Below, one piece after another: positions 1 through 7,028 of a stretch of 32,000 nt of DNA. The position numbers and the translations under genes were made by a program. The DNA is taken from the NCBI RefSeq assembly GCF_000223395.1, contig NC_015931.1, forward strand, positions 960,001 to 992,000, in the 5' to 3' direction. The stretch's first letter is position 1; the number at the start of each line of letters is the position of its first letter. The notes under the pieces were generated by a model, which had not been told where the DNA came from, searched no databases, and saw only the letters and a program-made list of their open reading frames with translations. This DNA is from Pyrolobus fumarii 1A. GTDB lineage: Archaea > Thermoproteota > Thermoprotei_A > Sulfolobales > Pyrodictiaceae.

Positions 1-325
1 GGCCTCTCCCACGGCCCCCGCCCGGCCTGGGCGTAACTGGTCTGGTGGAGGGCCTTGGCGTGGACGGGCGTGCTAGAGCGGGTGAGGGCCTAGAGGCTGG
101 TGTAATAGTTGTACGGGTAGCACCGCCACCGGATATGCGAGCCTTGAGTGGCACATCCTCTGTTCCCGTGCTTCTCGCGCGACTAATATACCGGTTGTAG
201 CACCTTTCACACACGTACATCTCGCTACCCTCAACGTATATAACGTATGGCTCGTCCTCGACGGGCAGGCCACACATCTCACAGTAAAGGACGCGTCTCC
301 TGCTAGACAAGGACCTGCACCCCAC
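1..325 (-). CDS. MBF1-like zinc-ribbon transcription cofactor, N-terminal part (C-terminus runs off the window start)
   Basis: Not in the supplied ORF track. The minus-strand frame with codons (325..323)...(4..2) is open for all 108 codons by manual translation. From GTG 325 it reads VGCRSLSSRRRVLYCEMCGLPVEDEPYVIYVEGSEMYVCERCYNRYISRARSTGTEDVPLKARISGGG..., followed by a P/R/T/G-rich linker. CxxC-x20-CxxC plus a low-complexity linker is the N-terminal layout of archaeal MBF1; the HTH would lie beyond position 1. Alternative starts are TTG 310 and ATG 277. There is a minus-strand TTTATA at 364-369. Confidence 0.45.
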   Translation of the reverse strand, partial: MGCRSLSSRRRVLYCEMCGLPVEDEPYVIYVEGSEMYVCERCYNRYISRARSTGTEDVPLKARISGGGATRTTITPASRPSPALARPSTPRPSTRPVTPRPGGGRGRG

Positions 326-363
326 TCAGCCAACAACCATTAGGCTATCAAGCTCCGCTAGGG

Positions 364-369
364 TATAAA
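364..369 (-). promoter_or_regulatory. TATA-like box upstream of the MBF1-like gene
   Basis: The minus strand reads cctagTTTATAccctag, about 40 nt upstream of GTG 325. It is flanked by a direct ctaggg repeat on the plus strand. Confidence 0.3.
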
Positions 370-975
370 CTAGGGGCTCGGCAAGGGCCCAGCAGCATCA
401 CTCTCACTTCAGATGCTCGACGGATAGCTCCTCACAGCCCCACCCTGAACAACCATAGGGGAGGGTATAGTGCCGAGCGTTGCGCGTGGACTAGCGTGGT
501 GCGTTAACGGGCCTCACGATAAGATGCATAGGGCGATTATGTGCTGTCGTTAGGAAGTGTAGAAGAGTTACCATGAGGTCTCGCAATGTTAGACTGTGTG
601 TTTATCTCGAAGCCCGTTTGCCAAGCTAGCAAAATGTGAGGCACCTAGCTGCACTATTAACATATTATCACCAGGGTTAGTATAAATGTGTATGCGCAGG
701 GTGCACTAGTGTTAATACCGCCGATGCTTATCGGCGTGTTGCACGGCACCATCTAGAACATTAAGAGGTTTGGCGCAAGAGTTTATATAGTAGAAGACTA
801 CTGTGCGCTCGGGCTGTGCTGGATACACATCACAGTAATTGGTATCTAAGGAGGTTTAGACTAAAGAGAAAAGTAGGCCGTGGCATGTGTTTACATTTTG
901 ACTATTTTGGCGAGTCGGATATGTGTAGGGATAGAGATATGGTAGCCTCTGTATCTGCAACCTGGTGCACCCTTA

Positions 976-1782
976 TTGCGGGCGCACAGGAGCCTCATTG
1001 TGTTGCTACCTGTACTAGCTCTTGCTTCTGCAATCGTCTATACAGTCTATCACTCGTCTAGCGCACCCATGATGCACTCAACAGATAATGCGATGCGAGT
1101 CTATTCTAGAAGCTTATGTGCATACCGTATGCTCTTTTATGATCCACTCGCGCTCGAATATCCAAATCAGACGCTCCTCCGCCAAATAGAGTACATCGTG
1201 AACGAATCGGGAGGCTGCCTCGACGCCTATATCGGAGAAGAAGCGGGTCTAGAACCACTCCTCCACCTCGATAAATATGATATCATCGTTATCCGTGCGC
1301 ATGGCGGGATCTGGGATGGAAGAGGCTTCTATTTCGCGACTGGTCTCTCACCACAGGGCCCTTACGACATCCCAGTATTACTCGTCCAGAAGCTAGCTAA
1401 AAATGGTGTGCTTGAGGCGGGCTCACCAGCTGTACTCTCCGAGGGAGCTGTCATATCATCCTCAGAGTATATCATAGTCGGGGCTCTCTTCTTTAAGCAT
1501 GTCGCGAGGCTCAAGAAGGGCGCGGTAGTCGTAGTAGCATCTTGTGATAGCCTCAATGATCCGAGATTCGTGGAAGCGGTCCTCACGGCTGGGGCCGTGG
1601 CATATATAGGATGGATGGGTAAAACGACACCATCTGCAATAGACGATATGCTTCCAAGCCTTATCAAGCTAATCGTAGAGCACCTAGATAACCCATGCGA
1701 AGCTTTGACTAATCTGAAGATTATTGGGGTGAAGTTAGTGGCGCCAACGGGTGCCGTTCTCTCCGGGGTATGCAAAGAGTAA
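976..1782 (+). CDS. Membrane-anchored exported protein with a clan CD (gingipain C25/caspase-fold)-like His-Gly / Ala-Ser-Cys dyad; putative cysteine peptidase
   Basis: A 268-aa ORF with a TTG start. N-terminal hydrophobic anchor LIVLLPVLALASAIVYTVY. A hydrophobic strand followed by His-Gly (YDIIVIRAHGG, His codon 1300-1302). A hydrophobic strand followed by Cys (GAVVVVASCDS, Cys codon 1543-1545). Then AGAVAYIGWMGKT, which resembles the GAVAxIGS segment after the catalytic Cys of C25-type peptidases. That it is a CDS is fairly safe. The peptidase assignment is tentative because the His-Cys spacing of 81 aa is longer than in the classic families. Confidence 0.55.
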   Translation: MRAHRSLIVLLPVLALASAIVYTVYHSSSAPMMHSTDNAMRVYSRSLCAYRMLFYDPLALEYPNQTLLRQIEYIVNESGGCLDAYIGEEAGLEPLLHLDKYDIIVIRAHGGIWDGRGFYFATGLSPQGPYDIPVLLVQKLAKNGVLEAGSPAVLSEGAVISSSEYIIVGALFFKHVARLKKGAVVVVASCDSLNDPRFVEAVLTAGAVAYIGWMGKTTPSAIDDMLPSLIKLIVEHLDNPCEALTNLKIIGVKLVAPTGAVLSGVCKE

Positions 1783-2018
1783 CTCCGAATAATACTATTT
1801 AGGTCAGGTTGTAATTCTGTCTACCAAGTTATCTCGGAGTACACTTTGACCATGCTAGCTTCTCCGATACGTGTTAATGCAGCGTGAACAACCAAGAGTT
1901 CTCTCCTTGCACTCCTGCGACATTCACAACAATACCCTCGGTTTCTCCAGATCGTTACACTAAGACGCTTGGAGCTTGCTGCCTCTAAAACTACCCATCT
2001 TTACTTCTCGAACGTACA

Positions 2019-2026
2019 TTTTTAAT
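2019..2026 (+). promoter_or_regulatory. TATA-like box for the surface glycoprotein gene
   Basis: TTTTTAAT lies about 41 nt upstream of ATG 2067. A GGTGGAAGGTG purine-rich SD-like stretch lies between them. The track's ATG 2025 sits inside this box, which argues against 2025 as the start. Confidence 0.4.
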
Positions 2027-2066
2027 GGTATCCGTTTTAGGCTGGTGGGTGGAAGGTGTACCACTA

Positions 2067-5000
2067 ATGAGGCGTCTATTATTATTATTGTTTGCTCTTC
2101 TCGTAGTGGTAACAGTACCCCTGGTTGCATCGGCCCAAGTGAGTGTGGTAACGTCAAACAACGGTACCAACTTGGCGCCTAATGAAATCACATCAGTCAC
2201 TATAACACTTGATAAGGGTGCGGTCTTGGCACCTGCTGGTAACCTAACACACCTCTATCTCAACCTAACACTGCCTTCCGGTGCTCAAGTGCAAGTGTAT
2301 GCTGTGAACATAAGTTATACGTCGGGAGCGCTGATAAACAACATAACTTTTGACAAGGCTAAGAGGAGTATACTGATATACATGGAGTACGACAATACTG
2401 GTACGACTGACGTCCCGATAACGTTGAATGTTACGTTTTACCTTGCGATAAGCTGGTATGGCAACTATAGTTTCATTGCGAGTTACTATTCTAACGCTAC
2501 TGGCGTGTTAACCGAAGTGGCTTCAAAGCAATTCGTGTTGACAGTTGCTGAGCCGCTTACCCTCTGTGGTACAGAACCCTTGCTGGAAATCTCCACAGTT
2601 AGACACGTAACGCGAATAATAGCAGATGATGTGAGTTCATTCAAAGCGCTTAGTATGTTCCTAAACTCGAGCGTAATGCCTGGTGGGAACAGAAACGACG
2701 CCTGGTACAACACTACGGCCCTAAACAACGTCTTGCTGGTAGTTTATGGTGGTTACGCCCTAAACGTCTTGCAGAGCTTATCCATGCTGCCTAGCTTCAG
2801 CTCAAGTCTGGGCATAAACACAACAGAGATAGTCATACCCGCGGTGTGGTTGGATGGTATGACTGTAGGCGGGTTGGTTCTACCCGTGCAGGGCAACTTT
2901 ACGAGCATCATATTGACCGATGTGAATGCATCAAAGGTGTATGTGAATGCCACGGTAGCGCTCGTAGCGAGACGGTGCGGCAAGTCTATGAGCATATCAA
3001 TGTTGAACATAACCGCTTCAAGATACGTCTTCGTCTACGAGGTTCAAGTTTCTAGCATGCTCCTAAACGCTACTGGGCAAACCACCTTTCTCCTAGCAAA
3101 CACCACAATCACCGACAAGCTCGCGGTAACCAACGTTACAGGTATCACTTATTTCACGACCCTACTCTACAGTAGCAATGTCTATGCGGATCTCGTCGAG
3201 TACGCGAGATACCATGTCTCGTATGTTGGAGTGGCCTTGTCAAAAGTTGTTGGAGGCCCGCAATCCAACCTAACAATAGACCATGCTGAGTTCTCAAACG
3301 TCACTGGCGTGACCGTGGCAAGCAAAAAGTTCGATGGTGTTGTAGACCAGTACCTTATCGGGAAGGACCATGTGATTACAGTTGCTAACGCTGATACGGT
3401 CAACTTCACGGTGCAAGGCTACATGGCATATGTTTATGCTTTAAACCCGGCCAACCTCGGCAACCTCTACATACCAGTCTACCTTAGAAGCAGCTTTGTG
3501 AATCATGCTAGGCTTATTGTCACTTTGGGCCTCGGCGGCAACTACAATTACAGTTACAATTTCACACAAGACATGTTCTGCTACAAATTCTACTATGGCG
3601 ATGCATATGTGATAGGTACATCAGTTACACTCAGCGTAGGCGGTCTCAGCGAGCATGATGCTGCTATCTGTGCGCCCATGAGTGGCTATCCGGCATTAAG
3701 CTTGAGCAGTGTCTCGCAAGGCGGTGATATAGCAGTTTACAAGCTTAACATAACGTTGCCTCTCATGGCCTCCGGGGACACTATAGTGTTCAACGTCACG
3801 CTGCCAGCAGGGGTGTACCTGGCTGGCTTCCTAGTAGAAGAGCCATCTTCTCTAAACGTGGTGCAACAAGTGAAGTACAACTTCGGTCCATTCTCCTTCA
3901 TAAATGTTACAACAGTGGGTACACCGAGGTTGACACTTCTTGACAGACCGCTTAACGTCACACTCTTGATATTTACGGACCCGAGCATTACCACACCTGT
4001 AACCGTAGACTATAGCCTCGGCATTAACATGACCAGCACGACACTATCCTACAAGAAAGTGCTTGATGACTCGTTAAGCTTACCTATAAACACTGCAGGC
4101 GAAGCGTTTACGCTAAGACTTGTTGATGCACACCACGAGTATGCCCTCGGACTAATACTATCAGGGTACACCCCCTACACTGTGCACACTGTAGCCACGT
4201 CTAGGACGGTCTATCACGCCTACGCCAATACCGAATTATCAACACTTGCCTCGAGGATAGTAGTTGTAGGCGCTCCCTCAACGGGATTCAAATGGGACTA
4301 CCTCAACCTTACAAGCAACGTAACACTGATAGGCTATTACAGTCCCAAGTTCTACCTTGATAAGCTCAACATAACAACTACGTTTAACATGACAGGTGTA
4401 TACATAGAAGCGCTCTACATCGATATAGATGCTGATGCTGCACCCGGCATTTACATAACAGTGAGGAATGGAGGGTTCCTGTACGGTACCAGGATGTACC
4501 TCAATGTGAGCCTGGCAGTGTTTGAGAAAGCTATACTGGTCAACACGAGCGATACAGGGTACATGGTTGTCGAGAAGAGTAAGATCGTAGCGACGGGCTC
4601 CGAAATAAACGCGTCAAGCATCACACTAGAAGATAGTAGCTTTACCATAATATCAAGTGGTGTGTTTATCGGGAACGTCAGCACCGTTAACTCGGTGTTT
4701 AAGCTCGTAGCTCCAACACGCTATTCGGCAAACCTTGCTAACTTTATAGTGGTGCCTTCAGTCCCGGTACTTGCAAAGACCATCGTATTGCTAGACCGTG
4801 GAGTCGAAGCTACAACACAGATATGGTCGATGAATGTGAGGGTCAAGTTCCCCACGCAGACGACGGCAGCTGTTGCGGTGAGCGTACTTGCCCCGGTCGG
4901 GCCGATGAAAGTACTGCAGAATGTTGCACGTGGCTACAGAGTCGTAGCTGATATCCTCGTAGCGGGAGCTACACCCGGCACCATAGAGGTTGACTTCACG

Positions 5001-5360
5001 CTGCCACCTGCAATCTGTGAGCGCCCACAGCTTCTCAACAGCATACTAGTGTTCTACTATGATGAGGCTAATGGTGAGTGGAGACCCGCGAATGTAACTA
5101 TGAGAATCGATAGGACGAGATGTGTCGTAAGCGTATTCTTCACTTCCACGACGGTGCCGAGTGTAAGCAACTTCACGGGTCTACCAATCTCACTATATGC
5201 TCCTGCACCACTGCCCGTGGTAGGTCTAAGCGAGTTCAAGAAGCTCAACGCGATTCTAGCCGGGACGGAGAAGGGCTCGATACCTATACACCTAGTGGCG
5301 GTGTTGGCAGCGGTAACACTTGCATCAGTCATTGTACTGATGAGGAGGTATTCAACATAA
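2067..5360 (+). CDS. Large exported N-glycosylation-sequon-rich surface protein (S-layer-like / cell-surface glycoprotein) with a C-terminal TM anchor
   Basis: The ORF track gives 2025..5360. The in-frame ATG at 2067 yields a canonical signal peptide, MRRLLLLLFALLVVVTVPLVASAQ. The composition is rich in V/T/N/S/Y and looks beta-rich. I counted about 38 N-x-S/T sequons by hand. The C-terminus is IHLVAVLAAVTLASVIVLMRRYST, a TM helix plus a basic tail. The gene is followed by a T6 run. Confidence 0.8.
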   Translation: MRRLLLLLFALLVVVTVPLVASAQVSVVTSNNGTNLAPNEITSVTITLDKGAVLAPAGNLTHLYLNLTLPSGAQVQVYAVNISYTSGALINNITFDKAKRSILIYMEYDNTGTTDVPITLNVTFYLAISWYGNYSFIASYYSNATGVLTEVASKQFVLTVAEPLTLCGTEPLLEISTVRHVTRIIADDVSSFKALSMFLNSSVMPGGNRNDAWYNTTALNNVLLVVYGGYALNVLQSLSMLPSFSSSLGINTTEIVIPAVWLDGMTVGGLVLPVQGNFTSIILTDVNASKVYVNATVALVARRCGKSMSISMLNITASRYVFVYEVQVSSMLLNATGQTTFLLANTTITDKLAVTNVTGITYFTTLLYSSNVYADLVEYARYHVSYVGVALSKVVGGPQSNLTIDHAEFSNVTGVTVASKKFDGVVDQYLIGKDHVITVANADTVNFTVQGYMAYVYALNPANLGNLYIPVYLRSSFVNHARLIVTLGLGGNYNYSYNFTQDMFCYKFYYGDAYVIGTSVTLSVGGLSEHDAAICAPMSGYPALSLSSVSQGGDIAVYKLNITLPLMASGDTIVFNVTLPAGVYLAGFLVEEPSSLNVVQQVKYNFGPFSFINVTTVGTPRLTLLDRPLNVTLLIFTDPSITTPVTVDYSLGINMTSTTLSYKKVLDDSLSLPINTAGEAFTLRLVDAHHEYALGLILSGYTPYTVHTVATSRTVYHAYANTELSTLASRIVVVGAPSTGFKWDYLNLTSNVTLIGYYSPKFYLDKLNITTTFNMTGVYIEALYIDIDADAAPGIYITVRNGGFLYGTRMYLNVSLAVFEKAILVNTSDTGYMVVEKSKIVATGSEINASSITLEDSSFTIISSGVFIGNVSTVNSVFKLVAPTRYSANLANFIVVPSVPVLAKTIVLLDRGVEATTQIWSMNVRVKFPTQTTAAVAVSVLAPVGPMKVLQNVARGYRVVADILVAGATPGTIEVDFTLPPAICERPQLLNSILVFYYDEANGEWRPANVTMRIDRTRCVVSVFFTSTTVPSVSNFTGLPISLYAPAPLPVVGLSEFKKLNAILAGTEKGSIPIHLVAVLAAVTLASVIVLMRRYST

Positions 5361-5366
5361 TTTTTT
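5361..5366 (+). terminator. Oligo-T terminator after the surface protein gene
   Basis: TTTTTT lies immediately after the TAA stop at 5358-5360. Archaeal termination typically occurs at oligo-T. Confidence 0.4.
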
Positions 5367-5576
5367 ATGTGCTTCGTGTAACACGAGTGTCATAATCCAC
5401 AGCCTTGTGCTTTTTAGGGCGTTTGTGCTCTATGCATAACCGGACAACAACGTTCTAAGGTTATCATAATGCGTGATGAATGAGTAGAGGTATCCTAGTG
5501 ACGAATTAGCTCGTGTTGGAAGTGAAACGATTCTGTATGAACTTGCAGGTATAGCGTGTTGGGCGATAAGCGGGGG

Positions 5577-5582
5577 TTTAAA
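5577..5582 (+). promoter_or_regulatory. TATA-like box upstream of trpA
   Basis: gggggTTTAAAcgg lies about 40 nt upstream of TTG 5622. Confidence 0.3.
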
Positions 5583-5621
5583 CGGTAGGAGTGACGGCGG
5601 CTAACGTGAGGCAGGGAAGGG

Positions 5622-6380
5622 TTGACACTCCCGAGGCCCGGCTTCTCGGCCTATATCACCATAGGGTGGCCTAACCCCGGTACATTCGAGAAGCTAGTGG
5701 AGACTCTATCCGAGTGTGTAGACTTCTTCGAGTTCGGCGTACCAACGCCAAGGCCAATTTACGATGGTCCTACTATCCGAGAGACGCACGCCGAGGCGTT
5801 GAAGAGTGTTAGTGGGTGGAGGGATGCTCTAAAGCTGTTATCCAGGCTAGAGATTGGAGATAAACGCCCGACCATAATCATGGCGTATATGAGCGACCAT
5901 CTTGGTCATCTCCGCGAGTTCCACGAGGAGGCGGCATCTGCGGGTGCGCGCTGCATACTGTATCCGGATCTACCCTTCGAGCACCCTGAGAAGCTATGGC
6001 TGTATGTTGACGAATCGGAAAGGGTTGGACTAAAGCCATGCTTCTTCGCTTCCAGCAGGTTTCCTCACCGTTGGCTGCTCACGTATGCTGCGCTGAGGCC
6101 ACTCTTCATCTACCTTGGTCTACAGCCGGCCACCGGCGTGAAGCTGCCAATCGCTGTAGAGAAGAACGTAAGGCTAGCTAAGAAGCTGGTAGGCGACGTA
6201 TACCTTCTCGCTGGTTTCGCAATACGCGATTCTGAGACGGCCAGGAGGCTAATAGAGGTTGGTGCTGATGCTGTTGTGGTAGGCTCGGCTATCATAAGAG
6301 CCGCGAAGGACAGGGGCCTTGACGAGGCGAAGAGATTGGCATGCAGTATACACCAGGCGGTGCACGCGGAGAGAGCGTAG
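5622..6380 (+). CDS. trpA: Tryptophan synthase alpha chain
   Basis: A 252-aa ORF with a TTG start; an in-frame TGA lies 15 nt upstream of it (5607-5609). FSAYITIGWPNP matches the N-terminal YxTAGxP segment. FFEFGVPTPRPIYDGPTIRETH matches ExGxPFSDPxADGPxIQ, including the catalytic Glu and Asp equivalents. GFAIRDSE...GADAVVVGSAI matches the C-terminal GFGI...GxxVGSA segment. Confidence 0.8.
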   Translation: MTLPRPGFSAYITIGWPNPGTFEKLVETLSECVDFFEFGVPTPRPIYDGPTIRETHAEALKSVSGWRDALKLLSRLEIGDKRPTIIMAYMSDHLGHLREFHEEAASAGARCILYPDLPFEHPEKLWLYVDESERVGLKPCFFASSRFPHRWLLTYAALRPLFIYLGLQPATGVKLPIAVEKNVRLAKKLVGDVYLLAGFAIRDSETARRLIEVGADAVVVGSAIIRAAKDRGLDEAKRLACSIHQAVHAERA

Positions 6381-6435
6381 GTGGTTCAGTCTCGCCCTCG
6401 TTCATCACCATTCAGCCGGACCCGACGTCACATCA

Positions 6436-6948
6436 CTAGTGGTTCCTCGTTGTATCAACCTGGATTCTTGCAAGGGCTTCTTCGAGCCTCGCTCTAAGCT
6501 GCCTGGTAAGCTCCTCTATTACCCGTAGCCTCTCAGCCACCTCGGCCACCAGGCTAGGCGATACTAGTGTTCCGCCACGTAGTCTGTCGGCGGCCCGTAA
6601 GTGTAGACGTAGCAGCGTCTCGATTAGCGTCAAGCCGCGTGCCGCCATTGAAAGTAGTGTCTCTACACCCTTCCGTGTCAATCTATAGACCTTCCTCCGT
6701 CTACCCCCCGTATGCTCTTCTACAGCCTCAACACACCCCTCTTCCTCGAGACTCCTCAGAAGCGGGTAGAGGGTGCCTGGGCTTACACCCCGTCCAATCT
6801 CGGGTAAAAGGGCACGAATAGCCTTGAGTAGCTCGTAGCCAGTCTTGGGACCCTCGGCTAGCATGAGGAGCACGAGGTATCTGGTCCTAAGCTCGACTCC
6901 CCGCTGCTCGAGACTACTCTCGATGCTAGACACGCTTCCATCCAACAT
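6436..6948 (-). CDS. PadR-family winged-helix transcriptional regulator
   Basis: YLVLLMLAEGPKTGYELLKAIRALLPEIGRGVSPGTLYPLLRSLEEEGCVEAVEE...GRRRKVYRLTRKG is a typical PadR wHTH, followed by a helical C-terminal domain. The track ORF extends to GTG 6990. I prefer ATG 6948 because a minus-strand TATA-like GATAAAT (6993-6999) lies only about 3 nt from 6990. Confidence 0.85.
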   Translation of the reverse strand: MLDGSVSSIESSLEQRGVELRTRYLVLLMLAEGPKTGYELLKAIRALLPEIGRGVSPGTLYPLLRSLEEEGCVEAVEEHTGGRRRKVYRLTRKGVETLLSMAARGLTLIETLLRLHLRAADRLRGGTLVSPSLVAEVAERLRVIEELTRQLRARLEEALARIQVDTTRNH

Positions 6949-7010
6949 TTTTGGCGGGTAAAGCGAGACTATTACATATGTCTCGAGCACCGATTTATCA
7001 CCCCCAGATA

Positions 7011-7025
7011 GCTCGGTAACCGAGC
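7011..7025. promoter_or_regulatory. Perfect 15-bp palindrome in the PadR / MMPL divergent intergenic region; candidate operator
   Basis: GCTCGGT-A-ACCGAGC has 7-bp arms. It lies 4-10 nt upstream of the MMPL start (GTG 7029 / ATG 7035) and about 12 nt downstream of a plus-strand TTTATC (6994-6999). This places it over the expected transcription start. Confidence 0.4.
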
Positions 7026-7028
7026 GGT

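Noticed and set aside
73-336. 87-aa minus-strand ORF from the supplied track
   Set aside because: It has no recognisable motif. It is out of frame with, and fully overlapped by, the MBF1-like zinc-ribbon reading frame, which has much better protein-like features. I treat it as a shadow ORF.
816-1061. 81-aa plus-strand ORF overlapping the start of the 976-1782 gene
   Set aside because: Its composition is Cys/Arg-rich and not protein-like. It overlaps the signal-anchor region of a better-supported gene in another frame. No SD or TATA lies at the proper distance.
2025-2066. N-terminal 14-codon extension of the surface protein ORF (ATG 2025)
   Set aside because: ATG 2025 lies inside the TTTTTAAT box. 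The extension (MVSVLGWWVEGVPL) would bury an otherwise canonical signal peptide that begins at ATG 2067.
5473-5520. C/D-box sRNA-like spacing: GTGATGA (5473-5479), 12 nt, 4 nt, GTGACGA (5498-5504), 12 nt, 4 nt
   Set aside because: The spacing mimics a C - guide - D' - C' - guide - D layout. However, the D' and D positions read ATCC and TGGA instead of CUGA. There is also no terminal stem or k-turn-compatible pairing. The evidence is insufficient without expression or conservation data.
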